From Blastocladiella emersonii ATCC 22665 (taxonomy: Eukaryota; Fungi; Blastocladiomycota): DNA of 64,000 nt. A model generated the notes under the pieces. That model was not told the DNA's origin. It was given only the letters and a program-made list of their open reading frames with translations, and made no database searches. How positions within the stretch are numbered: position 1 is the stretch's first letter; the number at the start of each line of letters is the position of its first letter. The position numbers and the translations under genes were made by a program. Location: contig JANHCV010000013.1 of NCBI GenBank assembly GCA_025594325.1, positions 806,001-870,000 of the forward strand, written 5' to 3'. This document shows positions 47,053 to 58,275 of this stretch, piece by piece.

Positions 47053-49443
47053 TTACATAACCGTCTCGACCTCCTCGACCGCCTCGATCGCGAGGAGCGC
47101 CTGGGAGCGGAACTTGATCCAGTCGTTGAACAGGCCACGGCGGCGCTCGACCTCGGCCGCGCCGAGCTCCGAGCTCTCAGCCGCGTCCGCGATCTCGAAC
47201 TCGCGCGCGTACGACTTGATGTTCTTGCGGATATGCTTGAGCTTGGCCTTGGACAGGAGCGTGGGCGGGCGCGGCCGCCAGAGCGCCTGCTTGAGGGCCT
47301 CGCGCGGCGACTTGTTGAGCAGCGTGCCGCGCACGTCCCACAGGTACATGCCGTTGTCGGCGCCCTTGGCCCACATCGAGACCGTCGACAGCACGTAGCG
47401 GCCCGTCGGGTCCCACGCGAGGTCCGTCGCGCCGTGGTGCTCCGTGTTGGCGAGCTGCGCGACGCGCTCCACCGACTTGGACGCCGTCACCTCGGTCCCG
47501 TTGACGACCGTGGTGGTGACCTTGGCGCCGCCCGCGGCGGCCGCGTCCTTGGCGGCATCGAGCCCGGCGTCCACGTCAAAGAACTCGAGCACGCCCTGCA
47601 GGTTGCGCAGGCCCGCGAACACGACGTACCGGCCCTTGGGCGACCAGAACACCGAGTTGACGGCGCGCCGGTCAAACGACTTGACGAGCTGGACGCCGCC
47701 GGGGACCGTCTTGGCAGCCGCCACCGCGGCCGCAGCGGCACCGGCGCCACCGCGCTTGGCGACGGGCGCCTCGGTGTGGGCGGCCTCGACCTCGTAGATA
47801 TGCGCCGTCATCTTGCCGGGGGCGCCGGCGAGGACCGTCTTGATATCGATATCGGCGTTGGGCGTGTCGGTGGTGGTCACGACGGCGAACCGGTTGCCCG
47901 TGGGCTCCCAGGCAAACGCCGTGATGATCTCCTTGAACTCGACCGAGTCGGCGGGGAAGTCCTTCTCGCGCAGGCGGAACACCTCGAGCGACACAAACGA
48001 CGCCTTGCCCGACCGGTTGGTGCGGTCCACCTTGAACAGCACGTAGTCGCCCGCGGGGTGGAAGTGGATCTTGGCGCCGAGTCCGAAGAAGACCTGCTTC
48101 TGGCGGATGATCTGGCGCGTCGGCAGGGACATGAGCGCGAGCTGCGCCGGGTTGTCGGTGCCCGTCTGCGGGACAAAGTACGCGAGCACGTGCGCGGGCG
48201 TCAGGTTGCGCTTCTCGTTGGCGGCGCCCGCCGCGCCCTTCTTGCCGCCCTTGCCCTTGCCGCCCTTGGTCGGCGTGTTGGGGGTGCTGCTGGCCGCCTC
48301 CTCGGCCTTCTTCTTGGCCGCGGTCTCCTCGTCCTCGTCGGGCGTGTAGGGCATCCAGTCGAACTCGGTGACGCCGGGGAGGTTGATCGACTTCTTGTCG
48401 AGGAGCGCCATGGCGGGGGCCTCGTAGACGGTGATCTTGGCGTTGGCGACGATACGCGCAAAGTACTTTTCGTCCCACGACCACTTGAACAGGGGCCACG
48501 GCACGTTCTTGGTGGCAATCTCCTCGGCCGTGAGGGCAAAGGAGCGGAGGAGGCGGCCGGTGCGCACGTGCCAAATGCACACGTGGTGGCCGGCCGACTC
48601 GGGGCCCCACGGCTTGGAGGTGTCGCCGGCGGCGACCTGCGGCAGGGGCTCGGGCGAGAAGGTGACGAGGTACGTCTCGAGCGGCGAGAAGTCGAGGAAG
48701 CGGACGCCCGGGTGGTGGAACCGCGTGAGGCGGTCCATGGCGGCGTTGCCCCAGAGCCCGATGCCCATGCGGTGGACGGACGCGAGGAAGGAGCCCTTGG
48801 GCGACCAGGCCACGTAGCCCTCGGTCCACCCCTCGCGCTCGTGCACGACCTCGGGCGCCTTGTCCTTGTTGCTCCACAGCAGCGAGACCGTGTTCTTGTT
48901 GAAGACGGCGATCTGGTCGCGCGCCGCCTGGTCGAGCAGCCAGTCGCGGAAGAAGCCCTGCTCCTTGAAGGGCGGCAGCGGGCCGACGGCGGCGAGCTCG
49001 TCCCACTCGTCGGGGACCGCCGCGTACTTTTCGACGTCCTTGAAGCGGTTGAGGAAGAAGGTGTGGGCCTTGTCGAACTTGAACAGCTGCAGGTTCTTGA
49101 GGGCGAGATCGGCGTCGGCGGGAGTCTCGAAGTCGATGAACACGTAGCCCTTGGACATGAGCTTGCCGCCCTTGCCCGTGGCGGCCATGGGCATGTCGAA
49201 GCCGTGCTCCTTGATGCGCACGCCCTCCTTGGCAAACTGCTTGCGGATCACCGAGAACAGCTTGTCGCGCTTGGCCTCGTCGACGACCGGCACGCCGTCG
49301 ACGACCAGCACCGTCTCGAAGTGGTCGACCTCGGGCACCGCAAACTGCGCCTCCAGGTCTGAGTAGTCGAGCGCCGCATCGAGCGCGGCGTCGTCGGCGA
49401 GATCGAGGTCGAGCGGGAGGTGGTCGAAGTCGGCGGGCGCCAT
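47053..49443 (-). CDS. PRT1: Translation initiation factor 3 subunit b
   Basis: RRM (VDGVPVV..KGYVFIDF), beta-propeller motifs WSPKGS and WDPTGRY, and C-terminal WRPRPPTLLS..IRKNIKSYAREFE. Confidence 0.96.
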   Translation of the reverse strand: MAPADFDHLPLDLDLADDAALDAALDYSDLEAQFAVPEVDHFETVLVVDGVPVVDEAKRDKLFSVIRKQFAKEGVRIKEHGFDMPMAATGKGGKLMSKGYVFIDFETPADADLALKNLQLFKFDKAHTFFLNRFKDVEKYAAVPDEWDELAAVGPLPPFKEQGFFRDWLLDQAARDQIAVFNKNTVSLLWSNKDKAPEVVHEREGWTEGYVAWSPKGSFLASVHRMGIGLWGNAAMDRLTRFHHPGVRFLDFSPLETYLVTFSPEPLPQVAAGDTSKPWGPESAGHHVCIWHVRTGRLLRSFALTAEEIATKNVPWPLFKWSWDEKYFARIVANAKITVYEAPAMALLDKKSINLPGVTEFDWMPYTPDEDEETAAKKKAEEAASSTPNTPTKGGKGKGGKKGAAGAANEKRNLTPAHVLAYFVPQTGTDNPAQLALMSLPTRQIIRQKQVFFGLGAKIHFHPAGDYVLFKVDRTNRSGKASFVSLEVFRLREKDFPADSVEFKEIITAFAWEPTGNRFAVVTTTDTPNADIDIKTVLAGAPGKMTAHIYEVEAAHTEAPVAKRGGAGAAAAAVAAAKTVPGGVQLVKSFDRRAVNSVFWSPKGRYVVFAGLRNLQGVLEFFDVDAGLDAAKDAAAAGGAKVTTTVVNGTEVTASKSVERVAQLANTEHHGATDLAWDPTGRYVLSTVSMWAKGADNGMYLWDVRGTLLNKSPREALKQALWRPRPPTLLSKAKLKHIRKNIKSYAREFEIADAAESSELGAAEVERRRGLFNDWIKFRSQALLAIEAVEEVETVM

Positions 49444-50660
49444 CTTGATACGTTGGTTTGGGGGCAGGGAGAGCGAGGGGATCGGGGCGCGACGGGTTGT
49501 TTGAGGCGGGCAGGGCGGCACGGGGTCGTTGGCAACCGGACCCGGAAACAAGTGCGCGGGCGTCAGGTGACGCGGCGTGACCTGGGCGGGGAGGGCGTCT
49601 CCGCATGACGACGCGTCATCGTTGACGGCCGAATGCTTCCTGAATAGACCTTTCCGACCGCCCCCACTGTGTGGCTGAAACGCCACCACGTGAGCCTATC
49701 CGCCCTGCGATGCGGTGCGGGTTTTCCCCCCGGCGCCGCTTACATGATGACACCGCCCGGGCACAAGCCTCGGCCTGGGGGGACAGTCGGAAAGGTGAAT
49801 AGGCCCACGGTCATCTTGGGTGACGGAGAATAGTATTCTGAGGGGGGAGGGCGACCGAGAGGGAGAGGAGAGAAGCGGGGGGTCACGTCACGGCCGCGAT
49901 ACCCGCCGCCAAGGACCACGGCGACGACGATAAGCATCTCGTCTCGTCCAGGATTCGGGCTTGATTTTTGTTAGGGTCGAGAAGCGGGAGGTGAGTGTGC
50001 CCACGCTGGCGCGCGCGCGGCGAGAACAAGCTTGCCCCCTTCCCTTTGCCGCTGCTCGGCCGCGGCGCCCGCCCCGCAGCGCGCACCGCTGCCGCTCCCA
50101 CTCATCCCCTCCCCCGCTCTTCCCTCCCTCTCTCCCAGATCCCGCCGACGCTCCCTGCAACGAACGCATCTCCCTCGCCCGCACGCGAGCGACCACGTAA
50201 CTTGACGCGACCACACGCGACACCACGCACCGACCTTAGCGACTCGACGCGTGTTTCCTCGCGCACTTCCCGGCCTGCCGAGGTACGCGCGGGTTCTGCT
50301 CCGCTGACACGCCATGCGCGCGTGTGCGACGGGCGCGTGTGTGCGGTGATCAGCGCGACGACGTGTCCGCGCGGCCGCGGGTGATGCGACTCGCTCGCTC
50401 GCCTCGCTTCCCTCCGCGGCTCGTGCTCGGTGATCACGGCTCGCATCATCGTCCCGCACCCGCACACGCGCACACGCTCGGCCGAGAAGGGTGACGCTCA
50501 CGGCGCGGCTTGCTCGCTCGCTCCGTAGAAGCTTCCTTCCACGCTCCTCCGCGCACGTCTGCCGTGCCCTCCTCCCCTCGCCTCTCGCTGCATCCGTAAC
50601 GTACGCTGCTCCTCTCCCGAAACCGCGCGCACCCGCACTCACACCCAACCCTTCCAGACC

Positions 50661-51767
50661 ATGGGCCAGACCCTCTCCGAGCCCATCAAGGACAAGCACT
50701 CGAGCGCCGGCTCGAGCGCGCGCTTCGTGTGGGGCGCCTCCGCCATGCAGGGGTGGCGGATATCCATGGAGGACGCCCACACCACGCTGACGGACCTCGC
50801 GCCCCCCACCTCGGCCGGGAACGACGCGCCCCTGTTCGGCTTCTTTGCCGTGTTCGACGGCCACGGCGGGTCGACCGTCGCCAAGTACGCCGGCGACCGC
50901 CTGCACACGGTCATCGCCGAGCAGAACTCGTACGAGACCCAGGAGTTCCGGTTCGCCCTCAAGCGCGGGTTCCTGGACCTCGACCACGAGATGCGCAACG
51001 ACGAGCGCTTCACCAACGACCCCGCCGGGTGCACCGCCGTCGCCGCCCTCGTCACCGATACCGCCATCTTTGTCGCCAACGCCGGCGACTCGCGCGCGGT
51101 CCTCGCGACCGGCGGCAACTGCAAGCCCCTGTCCGACGACCACAAGCCGGGCAACCCGGGCGAGCAGAAGCGCATCGAGGAAGCCGGCGGGTTCGTCGAG
51201 TTTGGCCGAGTCAACGGCAACCTCGCCCTGTCGCGCGCGCTCGGCGACTTTGAGTTCAAGCAGTCGGGCAACGACCCCGAGCACTTCATCGTCACGGCGT
51301 GCCCCGACATCGAGGAGCACGCCATCGATACCGACAACGACGAGTTCCTCGTGCTCGCGTGCGACGGCATCTGGGACTGCATCTCCAACGACGACTGCGT
51401 CCGGTACGTCCGCCACCACCTCGCCAACGGCAAGTCGCCCGTCGACATCTGCGAGGACCTCATGGAGCAGTGCGTCGCCCCCGACGCCGAGCTCGGCGGG
51501 GTCGGGTGCGATAACATGACCGTCGTCATCGTCGGCCTCCTCGGCGGGCGGTCCGAGGACGAGTGGGCCAACTGGATTCGCGACCGCTACGTCGCCGACG
51601 CGGCTACGAACCCGACGTCCATCGCGTTCGCGCGCCGCAACGTCCCGCTCATTGGGCTCGGGATCAACAACCCCGACGGATCGCCCAGCGTCGCTGCGTC
51701 GTCTAATTCGACGACGGCCGCGGCAGAGGATGGTGAGGCGACGGAGGCCGTGGGGCAGTTCAACTGA
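50661..51767 (+). CDS. PTC2: Type 2C protein phosphatase, Ptc2/Ptc3-like
   Basis: MGQTLSEP, MQGWRISMEDAH, VFDGHGG, ANAGDSR, LSRALGDFEFK, LACDGIWD and GCDNMT. Confidence 0.96.
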   Translation: MGQTLSEPIKDKHSSAGSSARFVWGASAMQGWRISMEDAHTTLTDLAPPTSAGNDAPLFGFFAVFDGHGGSTVAKYAGDRLHTVIAEQNSYETQEFRFALKRGFLDLDHEMRNDERFTNDPAGCTAVAALVTDTAIFVANAGDSRAVLATGGNCKPLSDDHKPGNPGEQKRIEEAGGFVEFGRVNGNLALSRALGDFEFKQSGNDPEHFIVTACPDIEEHAIDTDNDEFLVLACDGIWDCISNDDCVRYVRHHLANGKSPVDICEDLMEQCVAPDAELGGVGCDNMTVVIVGLLGGRSEDEWANWIRDRYVADAATNPTSIAFARRNVPLIGLGINNPDGSPSVAASSNSTTAAAEDGEATEAVGQFN

Positions 51768-54140
51768 GTCGTGTCGACGTGTGTCGTTTTTGTGTTACCC
51801 CCTCTACCCACCACTTCTCTCCCTTTTGTGATTTCTCTGTTTTCCCCCGCCGAGCCTGATCGTTCTCTATTACCAGTCAACATCGAAGCAAACAAACGAA
51901 CAAAGCAACAGTATTTACTCAGCATCGGGATCGTGGGCGTGAGCATGAGCGCTGGATTGCGTCGCGGGTCGGTCGCTGTCGTCATCGATTCGTGAGAGCG
52001 GCGAGCGAACACGGATCGGCCACTGTGGCGGGCCCAGATTCGGCCGAGTCGCTTGCAGTACGACGTACGCGGGAAGCGTGAGGCGAAGCACCGTGACGAG
52101 TGCGAGGATGGTTGTCGCGTCTTGCAACTCAGTGCGGCAGCAGCAGCTGCTGCTGCGACGGCTACCGTCCGTCGCAGCGAAGGAGCAGCAGCGTCACGAC
52201 GGCGACGGCGACGGACCACGGTGCGTCGCAGCGAGGCGGGACTACGACCACAACGCGCGTCCGCGGTCGACGCTCACCGCGTCCCGCGTCCCGCGCTCCG
52301 GGCTCCGCGCTCCGGGCTCCGCTGCTTGGCGACGGCGTGCCTGCGTCCGTGAAGGTCATCCATCGTGGGCGAGCCTCGCGCACGCGCACAGTCGAAGCAA
52401 CCGGGTACTCCACCGCCATCGCGGTCGTCATCAACGAAACCCCGCCCACGGGCCCGACGCGTAGCACGCTCCGCGGCCGGCTCAGCCGATGGCGGGCGGG
52501 CCGCGCGGGTCGTCGCGAGCCTTCACGCGACTGCACGAGCTCAGTGGCGCGAGCGAGCCAGTGCGCGGGCGACGCGATCGTAAACGGCACGCGCCGGGTC
52601 GCCGCGCCGCACGCTGTGCGGCCGGCTCAGCGACGGCGGGCGGGGCGGCGTCGGTGGAGGACGTGGTGGGCTTTCGCGTGGTCGGTCGAAGCATGAGAGT
52701 GGAGTGTCTCGCGTCGGCGACGCCATGCCACGCGGCGAGACGGGGCTCGTGGCCGCGGCCGTGAACAGGACCATCGTCGTCGACCCGTCGTCAGACGACG
52801 GCGAGTGCGAGTCCCGGCGAGGATGATGCGAGAAAGCGAAAGATGTATCATGGTCAGCAACGCGCCGTGTCACGCACGTGCGACGGGAATCCGCGCGCTG
52901 AGACCTCGTACGATCGACCATGCGCAGAGACGTTCGAGAGGGTACCGAGAAGCAGAGCGGTCTGCGACCCCGCGCACGCACCCATGTTGTCCGAACAAGT
53001 CTGACAAGCGAAGCCCGCGGCGAGCGCGTTCCGACTCGAGCCCGCGTTATCAGGGAACCACTGGAGAGTGGCGCGCAAACGGACTCGAGGGAAGACGAGC
53101 GCGCGCGCGGGGGACGAGAGCGAGAGGAAGACGGCGACCAACGACGCGTGCGCGGGGTCGCGGATCGTTCATGGTTCAGGGACCGACGGAGGCTACACGG
53201 GGAGTGGCGGGGTTAGTTGATGAGTTAAGCGGGTCAAGCGAGGAGAGAGCGAGGCGTACTTGCAGCGGTGATGGGGGTCGGAGGGGTGAGATCTGTTGGT
53301 GCTGACAAGTGAAAGATAGCGCGCGCTGAATCATGCCGAGTGCAAAAACAGCCGATTTGCAGCTTAGCACGCGGTGATAGCGAGGTGAGACCGTTCCCGC
53401 CGGTCGCAGGCGCGTCGGAGCGGCGAAAGTACAATGAGGTCTTCCACGCGACGTCCAGACCAAGCGCGAAGCGACAGACTTTCCTCATCTACGAAGACAC
53501 TGCATCGGTCGACTTTTCAGTTTGGTGCGGTCTGGCCGCGCTCGTCGCGCACGAGGGGTTGAGAAGCCATGCGCTCCGGCTAGCCGACAGGCCCGCTTCG
53601 CACTACACGGAGAGTGCGGGAGTAAGGAACACATTTCTACCGCAAGCGCTGTTCAGGCGCACGCACCTCTCTTGGAACCGCGGTGCGCACGTAATCGTAC
53701 GCGATGAGCTGGCTGCAGAGCGAGTGCCGCACGACGCCGAATTCAGCAAGAATAGCTGCTGGAGATAACCCACCACCCGTCCATGAATTCGGGGCACTGC
53801 GATCAAGTCGATTGCAAACTCATCGCGACACGCTGCTCTACTCGTCCGCGACGCCAGGTGCGACGTGAACGGAGCGAGCGGGGCGCTGGAATAAGGGCAA
53901 GAAGGTCTAAAAAACGCAATGCATGGACTTAGATGTGACGGTGATGCTGAACGAGCGAGAGGGGAGGAGCCGAAGTCGACGCTTCCGCGCCCGCAGCACA
54001 GCGAGCGGTTGAAGGCCGTGGCGCCACACTTCAAGATCAGCTGAGCGTGTTGCGCCACTCTTTCGAACATTGCGGCATTGACGTCGAAAGTCGCACGTGC
54101 CTAATTGAGCGGGAAAGACTTGTAGCCAAGCATCTGCTGC

Positions 54141-54380
54141 CGGTACGTCGCCAACGCTGCGACCAACGACGTCCATCGCGCTCGCACGCCTGAACATGCC
54201 ACTCATCAAACTCGGGATCAACAACTCCGACGGGTCGCCGAGCGTCGCTGCCGCGTTGTCCCATGCGACTTCGGCAGAGGACGGTGAGGCCACGGAAGCC
54301 GTGGGGCAGATAGTTCAACTGTAACGAAGGGTCAAATTTGTGTTACCCCACCCCTCTCCCACTCTCTCATTCTGTGATTC
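54141..54380 (+). pseudogene. Duplicated 3' end and 3' UTR start of the PP2C gene
   Basis: Colinear with 51585-51830 (CTCGGGATCAACAAC.CCGACGG.TCGCC.AGCGTCGCTGC; GTGGGGCAG..TTCAACTG). Confidence 0.9.
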
Positions 54381-56687
54381 GATGTTGACCCGCGCGCGCG
54401 TGGCTGCTGCTACTGCTCACACGGGTCGGAAGTTGAGCCGTTTGCTGCACGACACGCGCGCGCTGAGCACGAGGCAGCGTGGCGGGTACGAGCGGACGCG
54501 CCCCACATCGCAGCGCGACAGCAGCGGGGGAGCAGCAGCGAGGACCACGACCACGGCGCGTCCGCGGTCGACGCACACCGTGTCCCGCGCACACGCGTTC
54601 AGCTCAGTGACGGCGGGCCGGCGTCCATGCATCGCGGGCGTGCCTTGCGCGCGCACGCGTGGTAGAGGCAGGCGAGCGAGTGCCCCATCACTGACGCGAT
54701 CGCGAACTGCACCAACTGCTCGCCGCATTCCGCGCCGCGGTCGGGCCCGCGGAGACGGGCGGGGCGGCATTGGTGGAAGACACGGTTTGGTTTCGAGTGG
54801 TCGGTCGAAGCAAAGGAGCGTAGGGTCTTGCGACGGCGACGCCAGCTGACGCACCGTCGCGGCGGCGCGGCCCGAAACCTATGGTCGCGGCCGCGGTTGG
54901 GACCATCGTCGCCATGCTATCGTTAGACGACGAGTGCGAGTCCCGGCGAGGATGACGATGCAAGGAAGCGAGAAATGTATCATGGCCAGCAGCAACACAC
55001 CGCGAGCCGCACGTGCGGCGCGGGAAACTACACGGCCAGGCTTCGCAGGACGACCGGCCAAGCGCTTGTCCTACGAGACAGCACCGAAAAGCAGAGCGAT
55101 CCGCGACCTCGCGCACGCGCCCGTGTTGTTCGCGCAAGTCTCGCAAGCCAATCTTGCGGCGCGCGCTCCGACTCGAGCCCGCGTTATCAGGGAACCGTCA
55201 GAACGCGCAAGCGGGCTCGAGGCGAGCGCGTTCGCTATGAAGCGGTGCGAATGTAGTGCGACTAACGACGCGTGCGCGGGGTTGCGGATCGTTTCTGGTC
55301 AAGGTACTGGCGAAGGCTATGCGGAGAGTGGCGGGATTAGCAAATGAGGAGTCGAGCGAGTCATGCAAGGAGGGAGCGAGGCGTACTCGCAGCGTTAATG
55401 GGCGTGGGAGGGGTTGGGAGCTGCTTGTGCTGAGAGTGAATGGTAGAATGTGCTGGATCATGCCAAGTGCAATAAGAGCGGGGTTGCAGCGTAGTTCGCG
55501 TCATCGAATCGAAGTGAGACCGTTCCCATTGGTCACGGGTGCGCACAAGTTGCGAGCGGCTGGTAAAGTCTTCCACGCGGCGACCGGACCAAGGCGAAAC
55601 GAAGATCTACCCGAGCTCGCGAAAGCACCTGGAAGCGACGCTGTAACTTTGGCACCGCCTGGCCACACACGTCACGCGCAAGAGGAGAGAAGCCATGGCA
55701 CTCCGCCTGGCCGTCAGGCCGGCTTCGCACTACAGGGCGTGTGCGGGAGTAAGAAACAAAGTTTATACCGCAAGCGTTGTTCAGGCGCACGCACCTCACT
55801 TGGAACCGCGGCGGGCATGTACTTGTGGCCGTATCCGATGACCCAATTGTAACGGTGGTTCACCTCGAGGCCGGATGTGGATGCGAACCAGGGTGGAGAC
55901 CAAGGGACATCGCTCTGGGAATTCAGACCAGCGGCAACAAGGCAACTTCAATCTCGACAAGCTAGCTTGCGCGTCCGTCACGCAGATTGTGGCGTGAAGC
56001 GAGCGAGCAGGGCGCTGGCATAAGGGCAAGAAGGTCTAGGTAACGCGATGCATGGACTTAAAAGTGGTGATGATGCGGAACAATTCACGGCATGGTACGC
56101 GGTGTGCGACTCGGCCTACTTCTCCCATTGACCGAGACTAACACGTTCGCGGCCGCCATGAATAGGGCGCCGAGTACGCCAAGTCGCGGCGACAAGGGCC
56201 GCCCCTCAACCATCGCGTCGACTCGCGCACGACGCGCTCAAGCCCGCGCGGTACGGTTCCTCTCCTTCGCGTTCTCGAGGCGATTCGCGCTGCGTGCGGG
56301 CGACGCAGACCTCGAGCTACCGAGCGGATTCGCTCGTGTCGACAGCATGGGTCCTGACAACGCGGCCCGCGCGTTCGCGTCGATTGTACTCTTCGCCCGA
56401 CCTTTTGCTCACTTGTCTCCGCCACGTCGCCCATAGCCTCGGTCAACGACGACAAACCTCAACTACGATCAAGAAGCCGCGGTCGCGGCGAGGTCTCGCT
56501 GCTTGGGTCGTCCCTGGCCTCAAGCACGCGCCTGGCTGCACATGCGAGACCGAGTTCGAGGTGCGCGACTCGGTCGGCGTGCTCGCGGACCGAGACTGAC
56601 ACGGTCGACTCGAGTAGGTCATCCAGTACGTCAAGCTGCAGCGGCAAGGGTCGCCTCTTCGTCTGCCCTTGTGGCGCGCGCGAGGTC

Positions 56688-57762
56688 ATGCGGCGTCGAT
56701 CTCATACACCCGCATCAAGGACTGGAACCTCAAGTACAAGCTCGGGATCAAGGATATCGAGGCGTTTGGGAAGGAGGTACGCGGACGCGGCGTGGGTCGC
56801 CGCGGTGGCAGTTGCTGATGCCGCTTCCGTGTCGCTCACCAAGGCCCTGCAGACGATCCGCAAGCCGTTCAAGGAGAAGACGGAGTGGTTCGACCTCGTG
56901 CAGGTGGCCGCCGACAACTCGTGCATCATCACCAACAAGGTCGGCGAAAAGAAGTCGCTCACCAAGCAGTGGCTGGTTGGTGAGGCGCCCGAGGAGCTCC
57001 ACCGCGCCACGCTGGCCATGGTCGACGAGTACGACGACGCCGAGCTCGACATGGATTTCGCCGACGCCGACGTCGATGCGGCGATGTCGGTCCGCGCGTG
57101 CCGTGGTGCTCACCCGCTGTACGTGTTCTTCCTCCACCGACTCCTCTTTGGGCGGGCGAACGACATGGCCAACGCTCGAGGCTCGAACAAGTCGTCGCAC
57201 GGTACGGTTTTGCTCACCAAGTCACACTCGATCCCGTCGCTCACGTTCCGCACTGTAGCCAAGCGCATGGCCGGCTGCGCGATTGTCAACGACCTCAAGC
57301 TGCTCGACATCAAAAAGCCCTTCCCGATCGACGGGTCAAGTCCGGTGTGGCGCATCATGGCCGCGGTCGCTGTTCTTGTACGTTTTGCTCTTGCAATCTG
57401 CCGAGTTCCTCCGTTCGCCTTCGCCCTCTCTGATTACACCGCGATGCACGCTCGCCTCTTTCTAGTGTGCATGGCGCATCACTGGGAGCGCGTACCATCA
57501 AGGTATCATCGTCGGCTTGACCAAGGAGGACGCCAAGGTGACGCTCGCCGACTACTACGACGCCTTCCTCGTCTCGCGCACGGGTTCGATTTCCGTCGCC
57601 AAGCGCATCTACCTGGCCTCGCGGCTCCGCGCGCTGTTCAAGCGTGGGATCCTCAACATCAGCCTCGCCGAGATCGCCCAGCAGAACACGGGCGTCGAGA
57701 CGACCAAGACCCAGGCGGCTATGACCGTCGACATTGCGAACGACATCTGCCCCAACGAGTAG
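56688..57762 (+). CDS. Hypothetical spliced protein (introns 57202-57258 and 57378-57465); 5' part ambiguous, possibly from ~56460
   Basis: Host-like GC3 codon bias; two GTACG..TAG introns join ORFs 56688 and 57517 in frame; no family recognised. Confidence 0.55.
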
Positions 57763-57984
57763 CTGCGCCATACCACATCTCGGGTGGCGGGGTGTGCAGC
57801 GGGCGGTGCGAGCGCATCAAGGGCTGGTTCCCTTCCTTCATCTCGACCTCTCTGCGCACTCCATGGTCATCGTTGTGGGGCGTACGCGTGTGTATATATT
57901 GAACCGTTCGACCCTTGATTCGCTCGTGGATCTTGAGTGCGCTTGCGTGGATTGCGACGTGGATCAGCGCCTCGACTCGGGCTA

Positions 57985-58275
57985 TAACCAAATGGATCCA
58001 CACCAAGGTCGAGTTGATCGTCAAACTGATCGACGCAAGGACCCATGTTTATCGTGGCCTTGTTCCGTGTCTGGATTGCGATATTACTTTCCTGGATCCA
58101 GCTCGCGATCCACCTTGACCAAAAGCTGGATCCATCTGAGAGGTCCGCACGGTTTGCGGGTGGATCCAGCTCGCCCAAGCTTGATCCACGCTTGATCCAG
58201 AAAAGTAATATCGGGATCCACATTCCCCCGAGGTCCATCCAGTCCACGGCTGGATCCAGGGTGGATCCACTTCAA
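57985..58275. mobile_element. MITE-like palindromic, GATCC-rich element
   Basis: 19-bp inverted repeat 58080-58098 / 58194-58212 (1 mismatch); outer imperfect inverted pair 57993-58004 / 58259-58269; six TGGATCCA copies in ~280 nt. Confidence 0.5.

Noticed and set aside
52000-56100. Many 60-200 aa ORFs in the repeat units as real genes
   Set aside because: Not conserved in frame between units, no host codon bias, no recognisable motifs.
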